DNA of 64,000 bases from Candidatus Omnitrophota bacterium (GCA_023248155.1 JAHFFE010000001.1:314603-378602); one strand, 5' to 3'; shown: positions 11,594 through 26,025, numbered from the stretch's first letter. Numbers and translations are program-made. Notes: generated from the letters alone by a model not told the origin.

Positions 11594-12451
11594 ATGAGCG
11601 TCCTTTCGGGTCAAAAAAAGATTTGGATCACCGGTACGGTGATCTTAATCGGAGCGGGGATCGGCTGGGGATGGAACCGGAAATCTTCGACGGAGAAACC
11701 GGTCATTTCGGCTCCTGATACCCAGGCACCCGGCGGCGATCAAGTTTCTATTTTTACGCTGGTCGGACATACCGAAACCGGACGCCGGAAATGGGAAGTG
11801 CAGGGCGAAACGGCCGATTTGGCGGGGCAGATGGTTCAGCTTTCCCCGGTCAAGGCGATCAGTTACGGCAAGGTTGATATTCAGATCACGGCCAACCGCG
11901 GCCGGTTCCACAAAAAAAGCAAAAATGTTCATTTGCGCGGGAACGTCGTGGCGGTTACTTCCGATGATTCCCGGCTCGAAACCGAAGTTCTCGACTGGAA
12001 CCAGCTCCGTGAATCGGCCACCACGAAGCGGCATGTCAAAGTGCTGCGCGTCGGCATGACGGCCAACGGCACCGGTGCCGTGGCGTACCCCAAACGCAAA
12101 TGGGTGAAGCTCTTTGAGAAGGTGACGGTGACGCTGCGTGATCCAAAAGGCAGCAACACAGTGGTCACCTGCGATGGGTCGATGGAAGTCGACTACGCGC
12201 GCAACAAAGCCCGTTTCTGGAAAAATGTCAAAGTGGCCGACGCTCGGGGAATAATCACTTCCGACCGGCTTGATTTGAATTTGAACCCGAAAACGCACCA
12301 GATGGACCGCGCGATTTTTTCCGGCCGCGTCCGGATTGATCACGGAAACGAAGTGGCGTACGCCAATCAGGTCAATTACTGGCAGCCGCAGGGATATGTT
12401 CGTCTGATCGGGCATCCAAAAATGGTGTTGACCCCGGAGCAGGAACCATGA
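11594..12451 (+). CDS. lptC: LPS transport periplasmic protein, LptC/LptA (OstA-like) family, membrane-anchored
   Basis: N-terminal TM, then OstA-like beta-jellyroll repeats (HLRGNVVAV...VTCDGSMEVDY...FSGRVRIDHGNEVAYANQVNY). Immediately upstream of lptB with a 4-nt overlap. Confidence 0.65.
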   Translation: MSVLSGQKKIWITGTVILIGAGIGWGWNRKSSTEKPVISAPDTQAPGGDQVSIFTLVGHTETGRRKWEVQGETADLAGQMVQLSPVKAISYGKVDIQITANRGRFHKKSKNVHLRGNVVAVTSDDSRLETEVLDWNQLRESATTKRHVKVLRVGMTANGTGAVAYPKRKWVKLFEKVTVTLRDPKGSNTVVTCDGSMEVDYARNKARFWKNVKVADARGIITSDRLDLNLNPKTHQMDRAIFSGRVRIDHGNEVAYANQVNYWQPQGYVRLIGHPKMVLTPEQEP

Positions 12452-13185
12452 GCGACGCTCAGTCCGCATTGCTGGAAGCGGCCGATTTACAGAAGAGTTA
12501 CGGCCCCCGGCGCGTGGTCGACGGCGTAACGCTGACCGTCGGGCGCGGCGAGATTGTAGGGCTGTTGGGCCCCAACGGCGCGGGGAAAACAACCACTTTT
12601 TACATGGTAGTAGGATTGATCGCCCCCGAGCGGGGCGTGATCCGGTTTGACGGCGGTGATATTACGCCGCTGCCGATGCATTTGCGCGCGCGTTCCGGCA
12701 TCGGGTATCTGGCGCAGGAGCCGTCGGTTTTCCGCCGGCTGACCGTGCGCGAGAATATTCTGGCGATTTTGGAAACGCTGCCGATCTCCGGCGCGGAGCG
12801 CAAGAAGCGGTTGGCCGAACTGCTGAACGAGCTGGGGCTGACGCAGTTGGCCGGCGCGCGGGCCGATACGCTTTCAGGCGGAGAACGGCGGCGATTGGAA
12901 ATTACGCGGGCGCTGGTGACGCGGCCCAAACTATTGTTGCTTGATGAGCCGTTCAGCGGCATCGATCCGATCGCGGTGGCGGAGTGTCAGGAAATTATCC
13001 GAACGCTGCGCGACCGCGGCATGGCGATTTTACTGACCGATCATAATGTGCGGGAAACGCTGGCCGTGACCGACCGCGCCTATTTGATGGCGGAAGGGCG
13101 CGTGCTGATTGCGGGCACCGCCCAGGATTTAATCAACGACCCGAAAGCGCGTGAGATTTATCTGGGCCCGCGCTTTTCAATGTAG
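12448..13185 (+). CDS. lptB: LPS export ABC transporter ATP-binding protein
   Basis: Walker A GPNGAGKTTTF, signature LSGGERRRLEI, Walker B LLLLDEPFSG. Confidence 0.9.
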   Translation: MSDAQSALLEAADLQKSYGPRRVVDGVTLTVGRGEIVGLLGPNGAGKTTTFYMVVGLIAPERGVIRFDGGDITPLPMHLRARSGIGYLAQEPSVFRRLTVRENILAILETLPISGAERKKRLAELLNELGLTQLAGARADTLSGGERRRLEITRALVTRPKLLLLDEPFSGIDPIAVAECQEIIRTLRDRGMAILLTDHNVRETLAVTDRAYLMAEGRVLIAGTAQDLINDPKAREIYLGPRFSM

Positions 13186-13200
13186 CCGAAGGAGTTTTCG

Positions 13201-13512
13201 ATGCGAATTGAAGTGACCGCCCGACATTTGGTGCTTCCGGAAACGGTGCAGGAGATGCTGCACGCCAAGCTTGAGAAATTGAGCCGGTTGGATGAAAAAA
13301 TTTTGTCGGTGCACGCGATTTTCGGAAAACAAAAATATCTGTTTACGGTGGAATTGACGCTGGCCGGACGAGGGCTTCGCCTGGTTGCCAAAGGCAGCCA
13401 TGCCAAGGATTTATTGACGGCGATGGAGCAGGCGCTCGCCAAAATTGAACGGCAACTGAAAAAAGAGGAAAAGAAGCGGACGGAGTCGCGCCGGCGCACG
13501 GCACACCGCTAA
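13201..13512 (+). CDS. hpf: Ribosome hibernation promoting factor / sigma-54 modulation protein (RaiA/HPF short form)
   Basis: MRIEVTARHLVLPETVQEMLHAKLEKLSRL N-terminus. 103 aa with a basic C-tail. Confidence 0.8.
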   Translation: MRIEVTARHLVLPETVQEMLHAKLEKLSRLDEKILSVHAIFGKQKYLFTVELTLAGRGLRLVAKGSHAKDLLTAMEQALAKIERQLKKEEKKRTESRRRTAHR

Positions 13513-13530
13513 ATCGAAAAGAAAGCAGAT

Positions 13531-14799
13531 ATGGAAACATCACTGGCATTAAAATCCACATTGAAAGAGATCGGCCCCTGCGAGAAAGAACTGCGCGTCG
13601 AGGTTCCGGCCGAAACGGTTTCGTCGGAGTTCGACGAAGTTTACCGCCAGTTCAAAAAATTCGCGGCGGTTCCGGGGTTCCGCGTCGGGTTCGCTCCGCG
13701 CGATCTGCTGGAGCGGTATCACGGCGTGAAGGTTCAGGAAGAAGTGGTCCGCCGGCTCGTCGGCCGTTCACTCGATGAGGCGCTGGAATCCCAGAAAAAT
13801 CTGGATGTCGTCGGTCGGCCGCATGTCTCCGATCTGACGATCGAAAATAACAAGCCGCTTTCGTATGTCGCGCACCTGGAGATTTCTCCCGAGGTGCCGG
13901 TCGGTCCCTATAAGAAATTGAAATTAACGCGCGCCAAGACCGACCTGTCGGACACAGCCATCAACGATGTGCTGACCCGCATTCAGGAACAGCAGGCGCA
14001 GCTGGTGCCGGTGACGGAAGATCGTGCCGCGCAAGAGGGCGATTTTTTGATGGTCGATCTGACCGAGAGCCAGCCAAAGAAATCGCCGCGCCAGCAAAAA
14101 GATCTGACGATTCAACTCAATACCGGGAAGGACCCCGAAGGCGTTCTCAAAGGGCTGCTCGGCATTCGTCCGTCGGAGACGCGCAGCTTTAAATTAAAAA
14201 ACGATGTTTCATTGACGGTCCAGCTGAAGGCAATTAAAACCAAACTGATGCCGGCAATCAACGATGATTTCGCCAAAACGGCCGGCGCCTATGAAAACCT
14301 GGATGCGCTGAAAGAGGCGATCCGAAAAAATATGCAGGTGGAGTCGGACGCCGCGCAGCGCCGCGGACTGGAAGACCAGATCGTGCGCCATTTGACCGAC
14401 GAGTGGAATTTTGAAGTGCCGCCCTCGCTGGTGGCGTCCCAGGCGCGGCGCAACCTGAAAGAGCGGGCCATGGAACTGCTGCAGCAGGGCGTGGTGCCCG
14501 ATCAGGTGCAGCAGCAGGCCGGCGCGCTGACCGACATGGCGAAGCTCGAGGCGCTCAAGCAGGTGAAGCTCTTCTTCTCGCTTCGCAAGATCGCGCTGGT
14601 CGAGAAGATGGAAGCGTCCGAAGCCGAAATTCAGGAAAAATTGCAGTCGCTGGCGGTCCGGTTTAACAGCACGCCGGAAGCGGTCCAGCAGGATCTGGAA
14701 CAGCGTGATCTGATGGAAGAATTAATCTGGAATATTCTGCGTGCCAAAGTGTTTGATCTGCTGGTCAAAGAAGCCGAGATTACGGAGGAAAAGAAATGA
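13531..14799 (+). CDS. tig: Trigger factor
   Basis: N-terminal ribosome-binding region ([34 protein letters not shown]...). Followed by clpP. Confidence 0.9.
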   Translation: METSLALKSTLKEIGPCEKELRVEVPAETVSSEFDEVYRQFKKFAAVPGFRVGFAPRDLLERYHGVKVQEEVVRRLVGRSLDEALESQKNLDVVGRPHVSDLTIENNKPLSYVAHLEISPEVPVGPYKKLKLTRAKTDLSDTAINDVLTRIQEQQAQLVPVTEDRAAQEGDFLMVDLTESQPKKSPRQQKDLTIQLNTGKDPEGVLKGLLGIRPSETRSFKLKNDVSLTVQLKAIKTKLMPAINDDFAKTAGAYENLDALKEAIRKNMQVESDAAQRRGLEDQIVRHLTDEWNFEVPPSLVASQARRNLKERAMELLQQGVVPDQVQQQAGALTDMAKLEALKQVKLFFSLRKIALVEKMEASEAEIQEKLQSLAVRFNSTPEAVQQDLEQRDLMEELIWNILRAKVFDLLVKEAEITEEKK

Positions 14800-15395
14800 A
14801 CGAGCGCGGACAATTAATCCCATTCGTTATCGAGCAGACCGGCCGCGGTGAGCGGTCGTACGACATCTATTCGCGGCTTCTCAAGGACAGGATCATTTTC
14901 ATTGGCTCGCCGATCGATGACATTGTCGCCAATGTGGTGATCGCCCAGCTGCTCTTTTTGCAGATGGAAGACGCGAAAAAAGACATCAACATCTACATCC
15001 ATTCGCCGGGCGGATCGGTCACGGCCGGTCTGGCGATCTACGATACGATGCAGTTCGTAAAGCCCGACGTCGCCACCTTCTGCCTGGGTCAGGCCGCGTC
15101 GATGGGCGCCGTGTTATTGGCCGGCGGCACCGAGGGCAAGCGCTACAGCCTGCCCGAAGCGCGCATCATGATTCATCAGCCCTGGGGCGGCGCGCAGGGA
15201 ACGGCCTCGGACATTTCAATTCAGGCCAAGGAAATTTTGCGGCTTAAAGAACGGTTGAATCAAATATTGGCGTTGCATACCAAGCAGCCGCTGGACAGAA
15301 TTCACAAGGATACGGACCGCGACTTTTTCATGTCCGCCGACGAAGCGAAAGCCTACGGGCTGGTGGACGAGGTAATCAAAGGAAAACAGAAATGA
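14796..15395 (+). CDS. clpP: ATP-dependent Clp protease proteolytic subunit
   Basis: [17 protein letters not shown]...[19 protein letters not shown]...[14 protein letters not shown] catalytic Ser motif. Confidence 0.95.
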   Translation: MNERGQLIPFVIEQTGRGERSYDIYSRLLKDRIIFIGSPIDDIVANVVIAQLLFLQMEDAKKDINIYIHSPGGSVTAGLAIYDTMQFVKPDVATFCLGQAASMGAVLLAGGTEGKRYSLPEARIMIHQPWGGAQGTASDISIQAKEILRLKERLNQILALHTKQPLDRIHKDTDRDFFMSADEAKAYGLVDEVIKGKQK

Positions 15396-16504
15396 GCCAA
15401 GAACCGATTTTGCTGACACCGGGCCCCAGCATTGTTCCATTGCCCGTTCGCGAAGCGTTGGGCCGCCCGATCATTCACCACCGCACCAAAGAGTTTCAGG
15501 CGATCCTGAAAGAAGCCGAAGCCGGTCTGCGCGTTTTATTCGGCACCTCCCAGGAGGTATTGATTCTCACTTCGTCCGGAACCGGCGCGATGGAAGCGTC
15601 TGTAATCAATTTGCTTTCAGCCGGTGATGAGGCGATCGTAATTCGCGGTGGAAAGTTCGGCGAGCGGTGGGGCGAAATCTGCGAAGCGTTCGGAATTAAA
15701 GTGATCAATGTCGATCCGGTCTGGGGCAAGCCGCTCGACCTGGCCAAATTTCAGCAGACGCTCCAGCAAAATCCGAATGTGAAGGCTGTTTTTTCGACGC
15801 TGTGCGAAACCTCGACCGGTGTCCGGTTCGATATCGCCGGCATCAAGAAGGCGATCACGCAGGCCGGTTCCAAGGCGCTGCTGGCCGTCGACGCGATCAG
15901 CGGTCTCGGGTCCGATCCGTTCTCGATGGATGCGTTCGGCGTCGATGCGGCCGTCTCCGGTTCGCAGAAAGGGTTGATGCTTCCGCCCGGCTTGGCGTTT
16001 ATTGCGTTGAGCGCGCGTGCCTGGGAAGCCGTGAAAGCATCGAAGACCCCCAAATATTATTACGATCTGAATTTGGCCAAAAAAGCGTGGGAAAGCACCG
16101 ACACGCCGTTTACACCGGCCGTCGGCCTCGTGATCGGCCTGGTTGAAAGTTTGCGGATTATTTTGAAAGACAGCGCCGAGAAATTCGCGGCCCATCATGG
16201 CGCTAACGCGCAGTATGTGCGTGACGCCGTCAAGGCGATGGGGCTGGAACTCTACGCCGATCCTTCCTGCGCCAGCAACGCCGTTACGATGATCAATGTG
16301 CCGGCCGGCGTGGATGGAAAAGAATTAATCAAACAGATTCAGTCCAAGCACGGCGTGATTGTGGCCGGCGGACAGGGTAAAGAACTGGTGGGCAAGGTAA
16401 TTCGGATCGCCACGATGGGAGCCGTCGGGCGGACCGAGTTGGACGCAGGACTTAAAGCGCTTGAAAGCGTATTGAAGGAGATGGGTGCAGCAGCCCAGAA
16501 ATAA
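15392..16504 (+). CDS. Class V PLP aminotransferase (serine-pyruvate / phosphoserine aminotransferase family)
   Basis: [17 protein letters not shown]...[12 protein letters not shown] pyridoxal-lysine region. Adjacent to serA, which suggests a phosphoserine aminotransferase role. Confidence 0.7.
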   Translation: MSQEPILLTPGPSIVPLPVREALGRPIIHHRTKEFQAILKEAEAGLRVLFGTSQEVLILTSSGTGAMEASVINLLSAGDEAIVIRGGKFGERWGEICEAFGIKVINVDPVWGKPLDLAKFQQTLQQNPNVKAVFSTLCETSTGVRFDIAGIKKAITQAGSKALLAVDAISGLGSDPFSMDAFGVDAAVSGSQKGLMLPPGLAFIALSARAWEAVKASKTPKYYYDLNLAKKAWESTDTPFTPAVGLVIGLVESLRIILKDSAEKFAAHHGANAQYVRDAVKAMGLELYADPSCASNAVTMINVPAGVDGKELIKQIQSKHGVIVAGGQGKELVGKVIRIATMGAVGRTELDAGLKALESVLKEMGAAAQK

Positions 16505-16505
16505 G

Positions 16506-18101
16506 ATGGCCAATCCAGTTAAAATATTAGTTTCCGACCCGTTGTCCGAAGAAGGCATTGAAATGCTCAAGTCGATCGACGGGGTCCAGGTCGACACGAA
16601 ATCCAAATTAAAACCGGAAGAACTTCTGGCCATCATCGGCGAGTACGAAGGTCTGGTGATCCGCTCCGGCACGCAGGTAACCAAAGAGGTTCTCGCGAAA
16701 GCCAAGAAACTCAAGGTGATCGGCCGCGCCGGCGCGGGCCTCGACAATGTGGATGTGGAGACCGCGTCCAAGATGGGCGTTGTCGTGATGAACGCTGCCG
16801 GCGGCAACACCGTTTCCACGGCCGAGCATACGATGTCGATGCTGCTGAGCATGACGCGTAAAATTCCGCAGGCCTGCGCGTCGCTGAAAGCCGGCAAGTG
16901 GGAGCGGACCTCATTCATGGGCGGCGAGCTGTACGGAAAATATCTTGGCATCGTCGGCATGGGCAAGGTCGGCACCGAAGTGGCCCGCCGCGCGCATGCA
17001 TTCGGCATGCGGCTCGTGGTGTTTGATCCGTACCTGTCGCTCGAGCGCGTGCAGGAACTGGAAGCCGAGCCGGTCAAGGAATTGAACGAACTATTCAAGA
17101 AATCCGATTACATCACCATTCATACGCCGCTCAACACCGAGACCAAAGCGTTGATCGGCGCTGAAGAACTGGCGATGATGAAAAAGGGCGTGCGCATCGT
17201 CAACTGCGCGCGCGGCGGAATCATCGACGAGAAAGCGTTAACGGCCGCGATCCAGTCCGGGCATGTGGCCGGCGCCGCGATCGATGTGTTCGAGCAGGAG
17301 CCGCCCGTTTATACCGATATTATCCAGCTGCCGCAGGTGGTGGTTACGCCGCATCTGGCCGCTTCCACCGAAGAAGCGCAGAAAAATGTGGCGCGCGAAA
17401 TCGCGCTGAGCGTGCGTGATTTCCTGCAGGGCAAAGGAATCCGCAACGCGGTGAATGTTCCGTCGGTCGACGCTGAAACGCTGAAACTGATTGATCCGTA
17501 CCTCAAACTAATCGAGCGGCTCGGCATGATGCAGGGCCAGTTGATCGACGGCGCGATTAAAGAAGTTCACCTGAAATTCGTCGGTGAACTGACGCGCTGG
17601 AGTTTGGCGCCGCTGACGGTCGCGTTCATGAAGGGATTGCTCTCGTCCGTCATGTCGGAATCGGTCAACTATGTCAACGCGTCCATGATCGCCAAAGACC
17701 GCGGCATCAAAGTGATCGAGACCAAGGCGACCGACGGTGAAGATTTTGCCAACTTAATCGCCACGACCGTGATTACCGACAAGAAAACTTCGCAGATTGA
17801 CGGCACGCTGTTTACCCGTTCCGATCCGCGCATCGTGCGCGTCGACGAATTTTATGTCGATGCGGTTCCGGCGGGCGCCATGTTGATCGTGCGCAATCAG
17901 GACAAGCCGGGCATGGTCGGCCGCGTCGGTACCATTCTGGGATCGCACAACATCAACATCGGCTGGATGTCTCTGGGACGGCGCACGCAGGGCGGCGACG
18001 CGTTGATCGTCTTGAACCTCGATCAGCCGTTGTCCGATGAACTGTTCGCCGAGATCAAAAAAGAACCGCTCGTCATCGATGTAAAGCGGGTTCAGCTGTA
18101 A
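16506..18101 (+). CDS. serA: D-3-phosphoglycerate dehydrogenase with C-terminal ACT domain
   Basis: KILVSDPLSEEG, NAD-binding GIVGMGKVG, catalytic RGGIIDE...H. The start is taken at MANPVKIL just after the upstream stop. Confidence 0.9.
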   Translation: MANPVKILVSDPLSEEGIEMLKSIDGVQVDTKSKLKPEELLAIIGEYEGLVIRSGTQVTKEVLAKAKKLKVIGRAGAGLDNVDVETASKMGVVVMNAAGGNTVSTAEHTMSMLLSMTRKIPQACASLKAGKWERTSFMGGELYGKYLGIVGMGKVGTEVARRAHAFGMRLVVFDPYLSLERVQELEAEPVKELNELFKKSDYITIHTPLNTETKALIGAEELAMMKKGVRIVNCARGGIIDEKALTAAIQSGHVAGAAIDVFEQEPPVYTDIIQLPQVVVTPHLAASTEEAQKNVAREIALSVRDFLQGKGIRNAVNVPSVDAETLKLIDPYLKLIERLGMMQGQLIDGAIKEVHLKFVGELTRWSLAPLTVAFMKGLLSSVMSESVNYVNASMIAKDRGIKVIETKATDGEDFANLIATTVITDKKTSQIDGTLFTRSDPRIVRVDEFYVDAVPAGAMLIVRNQDKPGMVGRVGTILGSHNINIGWMSLGRRTQGGDALIVLNLDQPLSDELFAEIKKEPLVIDVKRVQL

Positions 18102-21615
<3,514 letters not shown>

Positions 21616-21895
21616 AAAAACGTTTTATCTGAGCGTTTTCTTTTGCGTTCTGGCGCTGGCTTCAACGGCCGGCGCTGAACAGGCGAGTTCTTCGAAGAGT
21701 AATTTTTCATTCGGAAAGAAAAAACCAGCGGTTGAGCAGTCGACTTCTGCCGCAAAGCCGCTTAAGCCAAAAGCAGTCTCCGAAACGATCACGCATACCC
21801 CAACGGAAGAAACAAATAACGAAACAGTCATTCCACCCGTTGCCACCCAGCCGCTTCAACCCAGGGCTGTTTCAGAGACCATCACCCATACTCCG

Positions 21896-22459
21896 ATGGA
21901 AGAAACCGCCCCCGCTCCAGACGAAGCAATCTTGCTGCCCTCGTATTGGCTTGATGGCGCGCTGCCGTCTGAAGACGATATTGAGGATGGAACCTGGATC
22001 TGGGAACCGGACTATTTTCCGGAAGGAATTATACGCGTTCACTCGCACCCGTCCGGCAAAGGCGTTCACTTTCACGGCTTCCGCAACAGCCCGATCCATA
22101 TGGTGGGGCATCCGATGATTACGCAGGAGGTCTGGCTCGATCCGGCTGATCCGCCGCGCGGCATCATGGTGAAATTTGTCTTAACTTCGGGTGATGAGAT
22201 TGGCGTTTATTGGGAAGGGGAAGAAGAGGTTTTCTTTCCGCTGATCGAAAAAGAAGGCCCGATGGAAATCTGGTATTACGGAATGCTGCCGGAGCTGGGC
22301 AAATGGACGCCGCTGACGATTCTGGCCGAAGACCTGGCGTTGGAAGACCAGGATGTTGTCGGCTTGAAATTCGTCACCTATGACGGCCGCGCATTGTGGG
22401 GCCGCACCAGTGTTTCCGAAGCGCCCGCCCCAGAAGAAAACAATACACCTGTCTCGTAA
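21896..22459 (+). CDS. Hypothetical protein, probably secreted. The frame is open upstream to 21578 and encodes a signal-peptide-like segment but has no ATG/GTG/TTG there.
   Basis: Upstream in-frame translation KTFYLSVFFCVLALASTAGAEQ resembles a Sec signal peptide. It is followed by a diverged tandem repeat AVSETITHTP(T/M)EET x2 and a Trp/Tyr-rich C-terminal domain. Confidence 0.5.
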   Translation: MEETAPAPDEAILLPSYWLDGALPSEDDIEDGTWIWEPDYFPEGIIRVHSHPSGKGVHFHGFRNSPIHMVGHPMITQEVWLDPADPPRGIMVKFVLTSGDEIGVYWEGEEEVFFPLIEKEGPMEIWYYGMLPELGKWTPLTILAEDLALEDQDVVGLKFVTYDGRALWGRTSVSEAPAPEENNTPVS

Positions 22460-22496
22460 AGAGCAACAAGTCTCAGAAAAAAATAATTTTTATCTA

Positions 22497-22525
22497 TTGA
22501 CAAAAAGACGATTATCAGCGATAGT
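22497..22525 (+). promoter_or_regulatory. Candidate sigma-70 promoter upstream of giant gene 1
   Basis: TTGACA-17 nt-GATAGT within a local AT-rich tract. Confidence 0.4.
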
Positions 22526-22637
22526 TCATTTCAAGAGGACTACAACTAGAAAACCAAATCCCTTTCAGGGATTTTATTTTCCAGCGATTCTTTAGCGTTC
22601 AATAAAAGATAAACATATGTCATTGCGAAAGCAGGCT

Positions 22638-22721
22638 GTCATCCTGAGATAACAACGGCATGTCATCCTGAGAGTGTACTTGCTCAGGATCTAAAGATGC
22701 TGAACAGAAAATTTTCAGCAT
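22638..22721 (+). repeat. Double-hairpin element copy 2. A half-site GTCATCCTGAGAT (22638-22650) precedes hairpin 1 ATCCTGAG-N10-CTCAGGAT (22665-22690) and hairpin 2 ATGCTGAA-N9-TTCAGCAT (22697-22721).
   Basis: Hairpin 1 is 27/30 identical to 4367-4396. The 3' arm of hairpin 2 contains the ATG (22720) of giant gene 1. Confidence 0.55.
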
Positions 22722-25700
22722 GACAAAAAATAAATCTATGAGAATAAAAAAATACAATCAAGTTTCCATCGCAACCTTTCTGCTAATCAGCCTGGTCGGG
22801 ACATCCTCCGTTCCGGCCGTCTCTCTTCCTATATATACGTTGCGCCCGCTTGCTTCCGCGCAAAATAAATCCGGTGCCGAAGAACTAACCAATGCCCTTA
22901 AGCGTCAAAATGATTCTAATGCCAATCAACCGCTTACCAACCAGGCCGTTTTAGACAAAGCGCAAGCTGGCCCATTGCTCAGCGAAACCAAAGAGTTGGC
23001 TGACGCCGCTGCGCGTGCCGCACTTGGCATTACTGCTGGCCAGGAGGAGAAGATTGAGCAATTTACTCGCGACAGAATTTTGTTGCGCTTGAACACCGGA
23101 AGGGAAATACCAACAGTTCCATACAAAACCGGGTTTTTGGCCGGTTTAGCCCAGGCCATTGCCGACCCAGGGCTTTCCGGTACCGCTGAGAGTTATTTAG
23201 TTCAGGAACTTCCACCAGGCCTTCGCGATGTGGTTCAGACAACGGCTGATCTAATTGGCAGAAATCGATTTACAAAGATGGACATGAAAGTGGCTCAAAC
23301 CGACACAGGGTCTCCGTTGACTGGTATTGCCGGCGAGACGATCATGGAAATTCTTTACAATGCGTTTTCACGGGGTTTTGGGGTAGGCCTCCCTCTGAGT
23401 GATAAAGGATATACGGCAATAGTCGTCAGCGGTACTCCCGGTTCTGATCTTTCGGTAGTATCCATTCCTGAGATTGGTCCCGATTTTCAAGACAGCCAGT
23501 TTGCCCGTTCATTAGCCAATCATGTTGTTGATCAACAGCCTACCGTTTTGGGAGTTGACCGGAGAGCAAAATACACTCTTTATGAAATAGGAACCGGCAA
23601 CACGGACTATGCGCTTCCAAAATATCTAGCGGGTGAGCAAGGTAGGAGAGGCTCATACCTTTTGCTTCAAATCGATCTGCCCATAAGTTTCGCCGGCGCG
23701 GAAGAGCGTGGGTGGTTTTCTCGCAATAAAGGTTTTTTTGGCATGGTTGCTTTGTCAGTGGCAGTCCTTGGATTTGCTGCTTACCAAATTGCCGGAGACC
23801 AGATTGCGGAACAATATTATCTTTATCGCCATCCTCCTACAGTAAAACAAGCGGCTGTTATGCCGTCCGGGTTGCATGTTCAGCTGCCTCCTGAAATGGC
23901 GGGTAAATATGCGGTGGCTTATCTGGAAACCGACCGTTTTTATCCGCAGGTCATAACACAGGTATCTGCTGACGGGACCGCTGCGTTTCATGTGGAAGTC
24001 CGGCCCCCTAACCGGCCCGGATGGATTGCCGCTCGCGGACGAGTGGTTGCGGTGGTTAATTCCAAGCAAGCGGCGAATGTAGCTTTCAGGGAAATAAAAG
24101 ACCCGTCTGCTTTGAATCGATTAAATCCGGCCGCTGTTTTAACAATTGATTCCGACGGGAAGGTGACTTCTGATAAGGATCCGTTGGGTAATCAAAACGC
24201 CGGGCAGGAAGAATCTGTTGCAACGGCCATTGATCAGCTTGTTTCGAACAGTTTTGGAGCAACCAATGTAATAACTACAGAAATGCTTTTCAATAATTCA
24301 AACGGAATGGTGACTTTCCAGAATTCAAGTTATTACGGGGATCAGACCTATGAATTAACGCTCCGTCCGTGGGTGAGTCTTTTAAGTGATCATCCAGAAG
24401 AGAACGTTGATTTCAGAGTTCGTGTCAGTCTGCAGAGAAAAGATTTCGCAGTTTTATCAGCTGCGGAACGAAAAGCCATGGCCAGCTACGAATTCAGAGT
24501 CAAAGGGTTTCCTTCTGCGGAGTTTCAATCCGGGTGGACAGCGCTTTCGCCTAATCCGCAACCCAAGAACTACTATGATCCTGGCGCGGGTCCTAACACC
24601 CCTCCAGGGTTTGTCATTCCTGCGGGTGCTGATATGGAAACGTGGATACCCATTCCGATAGTCTCGGACGCTTTCAGAGGAGAAAAGCTTGCCGAGTTGC
24701 AGCGACGCGACCCGGCTCAGAGAAGCATAACCATCCAGGTTAGGAAAGCCGGACAGGAAGAGACGGTTGTCGTTGGGCGGATACTTACTTTGCAGGCCGC
24801 GATGGAAAAACTGCGTACATTGTTAGCCGGTTCCAACCATAAACAAATCGTTTTTAATCCAGAGCAAAACGAAAGCTTAATAGAACGTACTGAAACCGCA
24901 TCAGTAAAAGATGTTTCGGATTTAACCGGGCCTGTTCGCCTCATTGGTCAATACTCGCCCAACTTTGATAATGGTCAGGGGGAAGGGCTGGTCGATATCC
25001 GTACCCGAAACGGCATCATTTATGTGAATCCTTTTCCATACAAAGCGGAAGAACTTTCTCTGAAAGTTACGCAGCTGTTTCGAAGAGGCGATATTTTGGT
25101 GGACCAAACTACGGGTGTCCGTCATTTTGAAGTTGCTGACAATCAAGGAAACGCTGTTGATGCTGTTCCTCTGGTTTCAATTATCAACGGATACACAGCT
25201 GATTCTAAGGTGACGCGTGTTCCTGCCGCGGATCTTCGGCTTCGCTACCGCGTGATTCGTGCCGTTGCCGCCGGGGCGGAAGAAAATGTTGAGGAATTGG
25301 CCGCTCGGTTAGGGGATGAGCCAATTAAGGTCGTGGAAACACTTCCTTCCTCTGCTCTTTTGACTGCCGATGCGAAAGCAGATGTGGTCCGTTACTTGCG
25401 GGGAGAGATTGAAGAGGCTGAGCTTCTTGGCATCTTGGACCGCTTAGGAATAGTGGAGATTCAGTCAGGCGGCAATTTCATGAACCAGGCGGAGCTCATT
25501 CGCGCCGCGGCGAAAGAGCGGGCCTTGGTGGAGAGAGCGATTGCGGAAGACCGTTTGGGAGAGTTTATTCCTATTGCCGATGGGAAATCCGCGGCTGTGG
25601 TGGAAGTGGATGTCGTCTCGAGTCTGCCAAAGGTTTATCTGCAGAATGGTTTGTCTTCGCCGGTTGCCGCGCCCGATGACATAGCGATCATTCCTTTAAG

Positions 25701-26025
25701 CGGCGATATTGCGGAAGTTTCTGATCAGTGGTTGAATGGGGCAGGTTCTGAGTCCGATCTGGTTATTTTGAATAACCAGCTGGATGGCGTGGCCGCTATG
25801 CCAGGTTCCTGGCTTCCGGCGGTAGCTCCAAGGCCAGCCGCGGTCCGCATGAGCCCGGTAACCTCGACGGAGCTTTTTTCAGGCGACGCCATTCAGGTGG
25901 GCCGCAACTTGCGCGCTATGGCGGCGCTCTCTCTGGCAGTGCACGGAGTACCGGATATGGATATAAACGGAATTACCTTTGTTGATCTGGCCGGAAAAAC
26001 CTATGCGGTTATTACCTCTGCCTAA
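22720..26025 (+). CDS. Giant secreted protein, AG-x-EE motif family member 1 (1101 aa)
   Basis: Signal peptide. Six AG(A/Q)EE-type motifs. A GDILVD...ADLRLR module shared with member 2. A conserved C-terminal module ending DLAGKTYAVITSA. Confidence 0.8.
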   Translation: MTKNKSMRIKKYNQVSIATFLLISLVGTSSVPAVSLPIYTLRPLASAQNKSGAEELTNALKRQNDSNANQPLTNQAVLDKAQAGPLLSETKELADAAARAALGITAGQEEKIEQFTRDRILLRLNTGREIPTVPYKTGFLAGLAQAIADPGLSGTAESYLVQELPPGLRDVVQTTADLIGRNRFTKMDMKVAQTDTGSPLTGIAGETIMEILYNAFSRGFGVGLPLSDKGYTAIVVSGTPGSDLSVVSIPEIGPDFQDSQFARSLANHVVDQQPTVLGVDRRAKYTLYEIGTGNTDYALPKYLAGEQGRRGSYLLLQIDLPISFAGAEERGWFSRNKGFFGMVALSVAVLGFAAYQIAGDQIAEQYYLYRHPPTVKQAAVMPSGLHVQLPPEMAGKYAVAYLETDRFYPQVITQVSADGTAAFHVEVRPPNRPGWIAARGRVVAVVNSKQAANVAFREIKDPSALNRLNPAAVLTIDSDGKVTSDKDPLGNQNAGQEESVATAIDQLVSNSFGATNVITTEMLFNNSNGMVTFQNSSYYGDQTYELTLRPWVSLLSDHPEENVDFRVRVSLQRKDFAVLSAAERKAMASYEFRVKGFPSAEFQSGWTALSPNPQPKNYYDPGAGPNTPPGFVIPAGADMETWIPIPIVSDAFRGEKLAELQRRDPAQRSITIQVRKAGQEETVVVGRILTLQAAMEKLRTLLAGSNHKQIVFNPEQNESLIERTETASVKDVSDLTGPVRLIGQYSPNFDNGQGEGLVDIRTRNGIIYVNPFPYKAEELSLKVTQLFRRGDILVDQTTGVRHFEVADNQGNAVDAVPLVSIINGYTADSKVTRVPAADLRLRYRVIRAVAAGAEENVEELAARLGDEPIKVVETLPSSALLTADAKADVVRYLRGEIEEAELLGILDRLGIVEIQSGGNFMNQAELIRAAAKERALVERAIAEDRLGEFIPIADGKSAAVVEVDVVSSLPKVYLQNGLSSPVAAPDDIAIIPLSGDIAEVSDQWLNGAGSESDLVILNNQLDGVAAMPGSWLPAVAPRPAAVRMSPVTSTELFSGDAIQVGRNLRAMAALSLAVHGVPDMDINGITFVDLAGKTYAVITSA

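Noticed and set aside
11645-12592. 315-aa minus-strand ORF antisense to the lptC/lptA-like gene and lptB
   Set aside because: Arg/Pro-rich composition typical of antisense frames in high-GC genes. It overlaps two strongly supported + strand genes.
16325-17098. 257-aa minus-strand ORF antisense to the aminotransferase and serA genes
   Set aside because: Ser/Thr/Pro-rich shadow ORF. No start context.
21732-22118. 128-aa + strand ORF in an alternative frame, overlapping the hypothetical secreted protein gene
   Set aside because: Basic, Pro/Lys/Arg-rich low-complexity product. The other frame carries the signal peptide, the repeat and a folded-looking C-terminus.
22460-22720. Looked for a tRNA or small RNA gene in the AT-richer 260-nt gap before giant gene 1
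   Set aside because: No cloverleaf-compatible segment with conserved T-loop or anticodon features. The region is better explained as promoter plus the double-hairpin leader element.
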